From contig JBHGNT010000002.1 in NCBI GenBank assembly GCA_043228905.1, positions 26,970,001-27,034,000 on the forward strand: DNA of 64,000 nt. Direction: 5' to 3'. Both the position numbers and the translations under genes were made by a program. Positions 24,760 through 37,006 of this stretch are shown in pieces. Each line of letters begins with the position of its first letter. Positions within the stretch are counted from its first letter, which is position 1. The DNA is from Azolla caroliniana (taxonomy: Eukaryota; Plantae; Polypodiophyta). A model generated the notes under the pieces. The model worked only from the letters and a program-made list of their open reading frames with translations, was not told the DNA's origin and ran no database searches.

Positions 24760-25845
24760 AATCTGACAAAATGTGTCATATAACATGATCTTCTCATTCT
24801 AGACTTGGAATGGAAGCTTATATACGTTGGATCTGCTGAGGATGAGAAGTATGATCAGCTTCTGGAGAGTGTGCTGGTAGGACCTGTCAACGTTGGAAAT
24901 TATCGTTTCGTTTTCCAGGTAACTAGCGACAATGAGTGCTCTTAGCAATTGCTGTCATGCTTGTCCAGCATCATGGCAGAAGGCGTCATGTATGGAATAT
25001 CCAAGAAATTCGCAATCTTGCATATGAAGACACTTCTTTATGGTGGGAAGCCTGGAAACTGTTGGGAGGTTCTCATACTTTGTGCATATATATAGTAACA
25101 AGGATGGGCAGAAACAGGAAGTCTACTTCGTGAGAGGGGTTTGACGGTTTGGTCCAAATATTTGAAGCCTCCAGTACTCCAGAAACGATGTGGCATTTTG
25201 TTAAGGGATTTCTTATGCCTGTCTCTGCTTGAATGTTAAGGAATGATTGATATTTTCTAGTTTTACCCTCACAGTTTGAAGGGACAGCATGTTTTGGCAA
25301 GCATCATGAATGATACAAACAAGATAATTCATTATTAACAGTATCTGTGATGAATAAAGAGGTCTGTCCATTGATCTCCTGAACCATGTAGGTGGCGAAT
25401 TTAAAAATGCTAAAACGAAACGAAACGTCAAAGCAGAAATGAAAAACTAAGCTTGTTGCGAAATTTCACTTTTTTGATCTTCGATGAGTTGATGTTGGAA
25501 CATATTAATCATGTTTTACAGGCAGATCCTCCAAAGCCAGACAAGATTCCCGAAGAAGATATTTTAGGAGTAACAGTGCTACTTTTGACATGCTCCTTCA
25601 TGGGGCAGGAATTCATTAGAGTTGGTTATTACGTTAGCAATGAGTATATGGAGGAACAATTACGAGAAGAGCCACCAGCAAAAGTATTAATACATAAAAT
25701 CCAAAGGAATGTCTTGTCAGACAAACCGAGGGTAACGAAATTTCCGATAGTATTTACTCCTCCAAGTGCCAGCGTGCGACTATTTGATCCCTCAACTGAA
25801 AACTCTCTGTCTGCTAATGTACCAGAGTCAATGGATTTTCAATGA
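24581..25845 (+). CDS. ASF1: Histone H3/H4 chaperone ASF1; 3 exons
   Basis: Exons 24581-24689, 24803-24918 and 25522-25845. [15 protein letters not shown]...[61 protein letters not shown] and KPRVTKFPI are hallmark ASF1 sequences. Confidence 0.98.
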
Positions 25846-28157
25846 TATATTATGTGTCTATTGGGATATAGGAACCTTGAATATCTGTACAGGATTGAAG
25901 TCCAGAATCTGTAACATCTCTCAGGGTCTTAAGATGAGGGTAAGCACACGAAATTTCAATGGAGGAGGATGATTATTCAAGAACGTTCATACTCATGGAG
26001 TTTTGGGTGTCAATGCCATTCGTAATTGGCTGAACTATACGATCTTTTGTACTTGTTACTAGCAGCAGGTCCACTGCTGCCTCAAGAACCTGGGTGGGGA
26101 ACATGGTATTCACAATGTTACCAAGAATGATTTGGTTCAGCAAACAAAGCTTGATAAACTATCTTCAATTATCAAAGATGTAGCTGTTTGGAAATGTAAA
26201 TGGAATCTTTGCCTGCTTCAATGATATATTACTACAAGAGTTAAGAAAATGCTTGGGCTTGTGTTTGGTAAAAAAGGTGCCCTCATTCTCTAATACTCTG
26301 ATTGAGACTCTTGAATTTGCAGGTGGGAAATATTTATTTAGGGAAACAAAATGCATAGAAATATATCGTTCCTCTCATCAACCACTATCATTTTTTTTAT
26401 TCCTATTATTTTAGAACAGTGTGGTATTTTCTATTGTCTCACAATTTCTGTTTTTGTTTTCATTTTTTCCTGTTCCACCTAACCATTTTGGGGTTGTAAA
26501 TATTTAAACGGGTGAACAACAATGTAGGCTTTTATTTGGATGTGTTTTTCATTGGGTCAATCCATCATGAAAGGTGCCTCAAGTTCTGATATTGACATAT
26601 TTCTCATATATATGAAATGCGTGTCTTTAAGTTCAACATGAAAATATCGATCAAGATGATGGCAATGGAGCACTAATTGTGAATCACCTCATCATTAATG
26701 TTTGGATGGGCTTACATGTCTTTCAAGCAGCAAGGCATCATAACATGTTCTCAAATGATTGATCATCCTTACAGTGGCTGGAAATTCCTAAAGAGTCCAT
26801 TGCTTTTTAGCAAGGTACATTTTTGTTTGCGTTAAAAATTGAGAAGCATGTTGATTGTACTAGATGTCAAAGTTGAAAGCAATGTGAAATGAACTATGTA
26901 AATAATACTTATTCATTTTGATTCTGTATATTTTGGTTCATTTTTGCAAATTGTGCTACAACTACAAACCATGGTATTATACATAGAACTAGGCAAAGGT
27001 AACAAGTGATTTCTGATTTTTTGGGTTTTTATGATACTATCTGCACATGAAACTAAATGTTTTCTGATTTCTTAGGTATTCAAAGCTCAACTGCTGCCTC
27101 TGTGCACAAAAGATGGACATCTACAATATTTCGCTTAATGAAAGACCCAATGGATGAGATTGAACCTCTAGTGAGTGAACGGATGAACCCTTGGTTCAAG
27201 GGAAGTTTGTAGGATGTTAAAATGTATTAAGTAAAATCAAGCCCTCCTCATTCTTAGTTCCTTGAGTGATCGCAAGTCAAACGAGCATTTGAAATGATTT
27301 AGATATAGATATATGAACATGAATATTGGAAATTTGTGCATAAATGACCCAATTGCAAGTCACAACACATACCTAGACGAGTTTGACGGTTTGTAGCTTG
27401 ATAACATTGAAATACATGGGAAGAACACAAGGTGTAATGACATGAGAGGAAGACTTGTATTGGAATTTGTATATCTTGCTAGTGGAGAAAGATTCCTTGC
27501 TAATCATGATTGACGGTTATATTGGAAAGCTATCACGTTCGCCCATGCTCCCTTGATTGGAGATTCTATCTCCTAGTGACACCCTCTCTAATGATTAACT
27601 CTCTTGCCCGATTTCAAAAACTCATTAAAACAATGTTGACACCTCACATGGACAAGTTCTCATCCTCAAGCATTTCTTAGCCCTAGTGTTAGCCATCTTT
27701 CATTCAAGTTAAATTTTTTTATTAGCTATTCAAATCATGCTTTCGAAAGTTGAAAACTTGCATGACGACGAACTTCCTCATCATTCTAATGTGTTGGTGA
27801 TTTCGCCATGGTGGATGGAACATGCATTGCCATGTTTAGACTATGGCCTTCCGGGTCTTAACATCCCCTCTGACTTGTCTCAGCTCGAGCAAATGATGCT
27901 TATTGACATTCAATCATAATAAGGTGGCATCAAACACCATCTCATGCATGTGAACTACCCCTTCCATATTTACTCTGAAGCATCAAATCATACACATAAA
28001 TTGATGTGTACATAAATAAACATCACACACAAGCTTGTGTTATACATACATACATGAACCATTGTGTACATGAGTTGATTTTTCTGAATTAGGGCAAGGC
28101 GCTGAGAAACAGGGGTGTTGGTCTCTGCTCTCTATATCTATAGCAGGCTGCAGTATA

Positions 28158-29552
28158 ATGACCACCCCTGATGAGAGGCATTACTTTGATGGCGGGGAAG
28201 AAGAGGAGGGAGAAGAAGAAGCAGAGGCAGAAGATGAGAGATTGGATGGATCAGAAACAGAGCATGATGGTGACGGTGATGCCTGCATTGATACTGATGT
28301 TAAAGGCTCCCTTGTGCATCCTTCCAAAAGGAAACATCCATTTGGATTTCGCCGTGGAAGAGCATCATGGAATGAGGAGGAAACAGACTCGCTACTCACT
28401 GCCATGGAACGTTGCAGTGCTACCGTAGCCGCCAGTAGGAAACCTTCTCTTGATTTAAAAGCGCCTGCAAGACTGAGTAGTAGCAGTAACAATAACATAT
28501 GCCTGCCGTGGGATGTGATCCTGGAGCACATGCATACCCAAGGATACAAAGACAAGACCGTAAGCCACATTCAGAAGAAAGTTCAGAACATGTCTTGGTC
28601 CTTCAAGAACCTCAAGGCGTGGAGACTGAGGAAACAACACCCACTCTATGAGGACCTCACACCCGCTGAACGTGTGGCATGCCTACTTCCGCGCTACTTC
28701 AACCCCAACTTATATGCAAGACTGGATGCTTTCTTTGCCGTATTGGGCATCAAAGACACTGCCCAAGTTGTCAAGCATCAGCAGTCCCAGTTTAATAATA
28801 ATTATGGAAAATCAAATTGTGGTATCGATCGCGATGATGGTCGTAAGTTTCTTCATGATGAACCAATCAAGAAAACTCGAAATCGAGTTACAAGGGCTGG
28901 ATGCTCGGTTAGTGCTGATGAGCAAGCTAAGTTAGATCAGTATCCAACAGATTTAAAGGGTGGTAATGCTTCCGCACATCGAGGTACAAAAGGAAGTATA
29001 TCAATTAAACAGGATAAGGCAACTAGAATCGAAATGGATGTCGATGACAATGATGTTGAAGATGTTGCGGACGAAGAAAATGATGATACTGATGCTAATA
29101 CTGATTCCGATGATGTTGTCAATGATGATGGCACATGTCATGAATGTTTTCAAGGCCAGCCATGCACCCATGATAACATGATTTGTGAATTGCATGCCAA
29201 GAGGCAGAAGAATCTTGGGCATAGCAAGCTTAATGATAGACAAAACTGCATGGCTAGGAGTCACATTAAAGGAACCTGTAGTAGAATTCGTGGGAAGGGT
29301 TTGTTTTCGCAACAATCAAAGACCAATATTTCCAGTAAGAAGAAGAGGTCTTTGGGGAAGGATGAAAGGACTAAGAAGAAGAGGTTTGTGGGGAAGGATG
29401 AAAGGACCATGATTCGGCATAATATGATGAGGGATGCCAAGAATAAAATCATTCTTCAGCACATTGCCACAACTGACAAGCAACTATCTGATTTCATTGA
29501 GGCTGTAAAGATGAACATGCAGATGGTTAGGGATTTGATTGAGAAGAGTTAA
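28158..29552 (+). CDS. Intronless trihelix (Myb/SANT-like) DNA-binding protein, SH4/ASR3-like, divergent
   Basis: 464-aa ORF with an acidic N-terminus, RASWNEEETDSLL...WDVILEHMHTQGYKDKTVSHIQKKVQNMSWSFK, the clade motif LYEDLTPAERVACLLPRYFNPNLYARLD, basic NLS-like repeats and a C-terminal predicted helix. Confidence 0.8.
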   Translation: MTTPDERHYFDGGEEEEGEEEAEAEDERLDGSETEHDGDGDACIDTDVKGSLVHPSKRKHPFGFRRGRASWNEEETDSLLTAMERCSATVAASRKPSLDLKAPARLSSSSNNNICLPWDVILEHMHTQGYKDKTVSHIQKKVQNMSWSFKNLKAWRLRKQHPLYEDLTPAERVACLLPRYFNPNLYARLDAFFAVLGIKDTAQVVKHQQSQFNNNYGKSNCGIDRDDGRKFLHDEPIKKTRNRVTRAGCSVSADEQAKLDQYPTDLKGGNASAHRGTKGSISIKQDKATRIEMDVDDNDVEDVADEENDDTDANTDSDDVVNDDGTCHECFQGQPCTHDNMICELHAKRQKNLGHSKLNDRQNCMARSHIKGTCSRIRGKGLFSQQSKTNISSKKKRSLGKDERTKKKRFVGKDERTMIRHNMMRDAKNKIILQHIATTDKQLSDFIEAVKMNMQMVRDLIEKS

Positions 29553-31393
29553 GAGGGAGGCGGCAATAGTTACAATAGTGATTTTGCATCTCTCAAGAAA
29601 CTTGTAGCTCCTAACTTATGTATGTAGTCTTTCAAAAATTCTGAACTAGTTTGGAATCTTCGCACAGTACCATATTCATCTTCCATATCTTTCACTTTTA
29701 CCAGTTCAAAACAAAGTGGAGCATTAGCAATTTCTGGATCTTATCGGGTGCCAAAACATGATTTCCTTTTTTAATTCAATTGTGGAAGCTCATTTTCTAT
29801 CTGGTGAAATTTCAAGAGTTACAGTCTTGTACATGAATAAATATTAGAGAACAAGTTTGCATATTCATTTGTGGTCTCTCTGTTTTCAGCATTAATATAA
29901 GAGATTCTGCATGACAAGGCAATGAATGCATTGACAGGTCAAGTGGTGGTTTCTAGTATTACTTCATAACATAGAGTGAATAAATTCCTACTTGTTAATG
30001 CATTTCACCTGAAAATTCTTCATTGCTTTTCTTGGTTCCACTTGTTCTTATGTTTATCTTTGAAGTTCTTCATTTTGTTTAATCCTAAGAGAAACTGAAG
30101 AGATGATCAATTGAGTTTAGTGCTTTGAACAATCAGTCCATTATTCCACATCTTTTGTGATTGAGCTTGGTACTTGCCTTGTTCCTAATAGGTGTAAGGA
30201 AGTGAGAGGCACATGAACAGAACTTGCAACTGCCATGTAATAGATAATAAGATAGGATTACAGACTGCAATACAACTAAAGGCATCAACTGCTATCGCAG
30301 CTAGAGCACAATAATACACCTCTAATGTTCCTGGCTTCCTTCTTATATAATAGAGGAATTGGAGGGAATGTTGAATGTGTTTGAAAAATACAGTTAATAA
30401 TTGAGGTGAGACGAAATATCAAATGTTTGAAGCATCTACATAGCACAGGTTTTAGTTGGCTACAATTAATCATGCGAAAGTTCATCTGCAATACCCTACA
30501 AAATGAAGGAAATAGGGTTGACACCTACTTGATGCATCTATTGCAGATTGTGAAATTTTTATCTTATCACCATAATCATCCATAAGATAGGCAATGGGTG
30601 AAAAGGCGTCTATATTTTCTGATGAAACATGGAGTGGGTAATTGTCATGAGTAACATCAGGTATTTATACCACACTATCATATATTCCATGTAAACAATG
30701 TTGTCACCTTAGAGAGCAACATAATTCCCACCAACAACACTGTAAGTAAAATAGGAGGCTTTTCAGATCACAGTGAAAATGGAGTAAATGATAGGACCAT
30801 TATAGCGTAAAATATCTTGTTGGTCCCAGCTCACTTTTAGTTACATTGTTTGCAAATTACATCTGCCTCTTGTGAGGTGCACAAATCCCAATTCAAGCAT
30901 TTAAAACTCTCATATTACAGTGAAGGGAGACAATGCCACAAGTTTAAATTTCAATAATTTAAAATATGAATGGCTCGAAAGCCATAAAAAATCATAGTTT
31001 CTTGTACATGATCAATCTCGACCCCTCAAAAAGGACAACCAAGTCGGGAATTATGGGACCCTTACAAATTACAATATTTTCGTAAATCACCGAAGCTTAC
31101 AGTGGTACTCTGATTCATATTTCCAATGAGAAGTATTTTCTTCTTCTTGGTAAGTCTTATGCTTTTGCTATTAAAAGATTTTAGCCCCCCAAAAAAGATG
31201 ACCAAGTCAGTAATCATAAAATTACGATATTTTCGTAGGTCACGGAAGAAGTATTTTTTTCTTCGTGATAAGTTTTGTTTTTGCAATATAAAGATTGCAG
31301 ACTTGCATGTATTTAGCATGATCTATAATACACCCTTTAGAAGGTACATTAACTGATACAAAGGTTTGATGATAGTGTCATATCGCATCAAGA

Positions 31394-32639
31394 TTAAAGA
31401 TCATCTGACTCGTTGACAGCTATCTCTTCACGTGTTGTCATTTTATGAACATATCCTGGTCACAAGGGAAGACAAATAATTAAAATCCTCCTCGAGATGA
31501 AGTCAAGAATACAACTTACTGTACTGTCCTAAACTAAACAACTTAGTAAAATGGTTCAACATGCATGGTAAGGCTATCAATCACAAATGTGAGACTCTCA
31601 GTTGAATTATATACATAATGAATATAAAAAGCACCAAAGAGGCAGTCTTTTAGACTGTAAAATGCAATCACATTTAACATCATGAATATGAGAACCTTTT
31701 AGCCTAGTTATTATGTGGCATAAGGGACGAAAGAAGACCATTTTTATGTCCACAAAATGCCTCGACGATATGAGAGCTGGTGCACTTTAATACATGTTCC
31801 CTATGAATGAAAAACTAATGTCAAAAATTGCAAAGAATGGAAACTATGGGATGCCCTATGACAATATTCTAATATAAGAGTGAGGTGAGACCATCCTTAT
31901 CAAGTTTGATGTTACGTGCATAACTATAATTAATCATGAGATAAGTTTTCTCTAGTTTTCCCTAATCTTATGATGAGTACATAGGGGTTAATTTCGAAAG
32001 GAACAAGGATATGAATTGAATTACAATTCTATACTGTGAGATAACTATGAAGTGTGTTATCACTTGACCACTTCACATGACGTGGTCAAGTGTGAACACA
32101 CTAGGACCTAGGTTTCTGCCTATATAAGAAGGCAAGCTAGCTTCTTATCAAAGGGGAGGCTTGACTTCAGGGTTAGGACATAAGTCAACGTCTCACCAGC
32201 ACCATATGGTGAAATGATTGATGTTATACTTTTAAATCCTCAACCTTAGATTTAAAGCTAGCCATTGCACCATGTTTAGCAACCCGAATGCCAGCTTAAA
32301 TCACCATTAGGCTTTGGAACAACACTTCTCTTTTAAATCTAGAACTTACGAAGAAATAGAGGCATAACACAATGTCAGGACAAAGGAAAAAAAATATCTT
32401 GATGAAGACGTAGAGCTCCTCACCTAAACCCAAACAAGTGATGCAAGTGCAAATAACTTCCTTGCCATTTTTTCTGTAAGAGCTAATCTCGCCTGTTCCT
32501 TGGCATCTGGAGCATTTCCCTGTCCACTGGTAAAGCACATCTCTGCAATCCTGCATCAAATCCCACCATGAGCATCAATTACATGAGTTTAATAAAAAGT
32601 AATGGAGGGTGAGCTCACATGCATGCACGCACACACTTA

Positions 32640-32686
<47 letters not shown>

Positions 32687-33867
32687 GAAGTAATGGAGGG
32701 TTCTACTCTAATGGTCAGTCAAGTTTTCACTAACTCATTCACCTGGGTTCACTAGATGCGACTGCTGAATGCAAGGGTTGAATGCTACATTTCATTGCAT
32801 TGAAATGTAGCAGGAAGATACAAAACAAATGTAATAAACAGTGGTTCACACAAAGTTACAAACAGGTAAAACACATGAACACTGGATGCCAACACCACAT
32901 TCAGAGCCTACCAGGACAATGCCTCATGTTGCTTGTATCATAAACAACTACGCTAACATGGATTTGTTGTTTTGGATAAAAACAACTCAATTTAAACAGT
33001 ATATTGTATACTTTCTGAGCTTTTTAGACTTTCGTATTAATCAGTTAGGTCGGTTGGGAGCTATTAGAGCAGGATCCACTGGTCTTGATGCATGGGTCAA
33101 AGTGATAAGAATAATATTCCGACGAATGCAAGCGTTACAGCGCTCATTACCAATATTAGTCAGTATCAGGCAAAGAAGGCATAGCTCTATATTATAGCTT
33201 GCAGTCCAAAACTTCCTCAACTAAATACTTGATTAACTAGTACCACCTTCAGAATATTATTAGTTGGTTACACTTGTAGATTAAAATGCAAACAAGTTTT
33301 GCTAACTTATTATAATATATGGAAATTTAGAAAAGACAAGTGTCGTCACCAACAAGACCCGCTATTTTCTTTCTCGCTCTGAGGGTGTCAACATATCCTA
33401 AATAAGATACAACATACCTTGGTTTCAGGATTGCAATTCTTCATGTCCTCCATGGCTTGGAAGCTGGGGGCGGATCCAGGAAAAGTCATTGGAAGTGGGA
33501 GGGGCTGGGCTTTGTCGAGGGAGCTGCCCTTGTCTTGGAACCATTTACCTCGAGCAAAGGTTCTCCAATCCTTGGGAGCATTAAACAGAGAATTAGTAGG
33601 AGGTGGGGGGGGATTAGAAGTAGTGGGGGTACGATCTGGCCGATCGATCGGAGATGGCGCAGGAATGGAGATGGAGTTGGAAGTGGTGGCAGCGGCACAG
33701 CGTGGTGTCCGGGTTAGGATGCGGTGGGGAGGCTGAATGGGGGTGGACCCCCTCCTGGCTCTCTGGCAATTGCTGCTGCAGCTGCAGCTGAAGTGGTAGT
33801 CGAAGTAGAACAAGTGGTGAGGGGCAGAAGCAGGGGCGGGGGCAGAGATGGGATGGATATTTAGCAT
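31394..33867 (-). CDS. SCO2: Chloroplast DnaJ-like zinc-finger protein disulfide isomerase SCO2/CYO1; 3 exons
   Basis: Exons 33867-33418, 32550-32424 and 31455-31394. [11 protein letters not shown]...[26 protein letters not shown]...[22 protein letters not shown] matches recalled Arabidopsis SCO2 (ALPLPMTYPD...[26 protein letters not shown]...[20 protein letters not shown]). Confidence 0.9.
32643..32685. repeat. (AC)n microsatellite in SCO2 intron 1
   Basis: Uninterrupted AC run. Confidence 0.95.
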
Positions 33868-33918
33868 TGTCTGGATGAAGAGGAGGAGGAGAGAGAAGAA
33901 GGGGGAGGTTCTGTAACC

Positions 33919-33949
33919 TGTTGTTGTTGTTGTTGTTGTTGTTGTTGAA

Positions 33950-33980
<31 letters not shown>

Positions 33981-34457
33981 CAATGAAGAGGAGAAGGAGG
34001 AGAAGGAGATCGTAATGAGTTAGAATGATATCCCAAAATGTTTCTCTCTTTTTATTGCCCCCCCACCCCAAAAAGAAAACTGACGTGGGCAGTGAGAAGA
34101 TATTTGCTATCATTTTTGAAACACACCTTTTTGTTGATCAATTCAACCGAACACGAAGAAGGAAAGAAGAAAGAAGAAAGAAGAAAGAAGAAAGGAAGAC
34201 CCATATCTCTTCCTCTCTGTCTCTGGTCTAGACATGACACGACAGCCACAACCAACCCCAGCACTTGACTCGTCTTCCACGTTTTCGCCCCGCCGCCCCT
34301 CCACCCATTCCCTTCCCCTTCTTCTTCTTCTTCTTCTTCTTGTTAGCAGATTGGATTTAGAACTCCTATATTTCAGATCTCTTCTCTCTTCTCGATTTCT
34401 GCATGTCATCCTTGCTGATTGAGGGAGGGAGGATCATGCTAATTCCCTCTTACGCTT

Positions 34458-34500
<43 letters not shown>
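33919..34500. repeat. Microsatellite-rich 5' region of SCO2: (GTT)n, (GAA)n, (CTT)n, (CT)n
   Basis: Direct inspection of the tracts. Confidence 0.9.
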
Positions 34501-36600
34501 GTCTGTCTGTGCATTCCAGATTCCCATTGATCATCTCCGATTTGCACCTACAACATTTCTCTCTCTCTTTTTCTCGGTCTGGTCTCTCTGTCTGTGCGCG
34601 TACGAACATTCCAGATTCCCATTGATCACGTCCGATTTGCCCTATATATATATATAGCATGCATGGAACAGAGTTGTTTGCAAGGAAAGCAACAACAGAG
34701 TGTGAGCAAAAAGCTCTCCAACTTCTAAAGAAAAGGCTGAATTACTTGGCCAGAGTATATAAATATGGCCATAATACCAGAGATGTCTATGGTCTATTTT
34801 AATGTGTCCAGAAACCCTACACCGGCCGACATAACTCTTCTTATGTCCGGTACTGCCGCACGATACCCTACACCGCCAGATACGCCTCCCTCCATCCGTG
34901 CTTTCCACAATGCCACCCAAGAAATGAGATTAACATAATGTATGTAACACATGCCCATTCTAACTAAGCATGCAAGTTGGTAGTCACTTGCACACTATGA
35001 TGAACACGATATTACGAAACATGATCGAACCAATCATGTTGTTGACGTTGCCCGCAAAAACCGACACCGAGCTTGTGCATTCATACTCCTAAGAGAAGAG
35101 CTACCTTCATGATGTTCTTATTGAAGGTATTATACCTTACCCAAATTGCATTAGCTCTATCCCAATCAATGAAAAATCCGGCACCTTCATTCATGGTGTT
35201 GGCTTCTATCCCCAAGTTCCTCGGCCAACGCTTAATGGTGCATTGGTGGATGAGTTGCTGATCAGTTGCAAGTACATTACACATATGGTGCATGGCGGAG
35301 GTGGAGGGGGGCACATTCCAATCTTCCTTTGTGTTGCTTGCATTTGACATTGGCCGCACTGCACCTTTGCTTGGGTGCGACGTCTTTACATTGGTGTGGT
35401 TGTATATTCCTCCTTGGTTGCTTCTATTTGCTGTTCTGATTTCTTTCCCAATTTTATTAATTCAACTTCGTTGAAAGCATAATCTTTTTAAACTTCCTTA
35501 GCATATAGGCTAGAGATTTATATGTACTTACTAGTGGTGATGCTTGAAGGCGTATTTTATAATGGAATGGACTCTTACCATGCTATTATTAGCTGGCAAA
35601 ATCATCAAATGTTTATCATTGTTGCCCAAGTTCTTTTTTAGAGGGGTTGATATGTTTGGCACTCTTTTTACGCCAACAATCTTGGACTGCCTTTTGATGT
35701 GAATTGTCTTAGGACCAAGTTCAGAGCACTCACACATGAAGCAAGCTTTAAAACATTCTTAGGCATGTACCACACATGAGCACAAAGATAGAATGAAAGT
35801 TAACAAGTCCAAGGAATAGAACAATGTCCAAAATAAGTCTAAGTCTCTCTATACTCAAAATAAGATAAACTTTGAATAAGACAAATCAATAAGTTTTAGA
35901 TCTCATTAAGAAAAACAAATAAACATAATTTATGCTATTGAAACATGGTATGTTTCAAGGTGTGCCTTTGACTTGGTTCAAAGTGTTTTGGTTAAACAAC
36001 ATTCATGGATACTACAAACACTTAACTTTTATGCTCGAAAAGGCATGGACTTAGGTTGGGCTGTCAAAATGAGATTCAAATACTGGCACTCAATTATTAA
36101 TATCTCCACAAGTAGTAGCATTAGGCATTCAGAATATGCAACATAGGCCTCAAACTAAGGTTCTATTACACAACTTAATATGCACTATGATTGTAGTTTT
36201 CATTTCGAATGGTTTCGAAGGAGCATCAGCAATATTCGAAGAGGCTGTGGGCACTTGTCCTAGAAAAACAACAGTCCATTGCTTGATATATATATATATA
36301 TATGTATACAGTATGTATGTATGTGTATAGAAAGAAATATAGATATCTTGTGGATGTACACATGGATGTGAAACCATGTTTGCAGATAAAGAACTGCTCT
36401 TCTTGAATATGTAAACAGAGAAGAGATTTCTTTTTTCGTTCTTCCTTTTTGGCCATATGAAGCAGAAACAGGGCAGGCAGGGGAGGACAAAAATTTGGAG
36501 TTTCAAGCTTTCATGGCTCCATGGAACTACTATACAAGTATGTGAATAATAATCAAATCAAGTTGGCCAACAATGTAGTGTCTGTGTCAAACTATGGTGG

Positions 36601-36925
36601 TGATGGCGTTTTGTGTGCAGTTGAAATTACAAAACATTGAACCCACAGATCAGGCAAGGGGGAAAGGGGGGGAGGGGGGAGCAGCCCTGTTTGTATTAGT
36701 AATTGAGTGTTTAATGTCTCCTTCAGAAACAGACAGTCCCATCCGGAATTGCTATCATGATGATGGCGTCTTGTGTGCAGTTGAAATTACAAAACATTGA
36801 ACCCACAGATCAGGCAAGGGGAAAGAGGAGGGGAGGGGGGGGAGCAGCCCTGTTTGTATTAGTAATTGAGTGTTTAATATTTCCTTCAGAAACAGACAGT
36901 CCCATCCTGAATTGCTATCATGATG
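36601..36925. repeat. Tandem duplication of about 160 bp just 3' of the ERECTA-like stop codon
   Basis: TGATGGCGT...GCTATCATGA units at 36601-36760 and 36761-36925; they differ mainly in the G-run. Confidence 0.92.
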
Positions 36926-37006
36926 CTGGCTTTTCTTGTAGCAGAGCATCTCATCCATCCATCCATCCATCCATCGATTTAGGGTGAGATGGGGTGGGCT
37001 GGATAC

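Noticed and set aside
32054-32812. Small hairpins (CACTTGACCAC/GTGGTCAAGTG near 32060-32091; TGCTACATTTCA/TGAAATGTAGCA at 32783-32812) as miRNA precursors
   Set aside because: Stems of only 11-12 bp, too short for plant pre-miRNAs; no recognisable mature miRNA.
33868-34113. In-frame upstream extension of SCO2 with poly-L/S/T
   Set aside because: Made of (GAA)n/(GTT)n microsatellites that lack stops by chance; a plastid protein more plausibly starts at 33867.
35040-35480. Short ORFs between SCO2 and the ERECTA-like gene
   Set aside because: No recognisable homology or splice structure; likely a TE or gene fragment.
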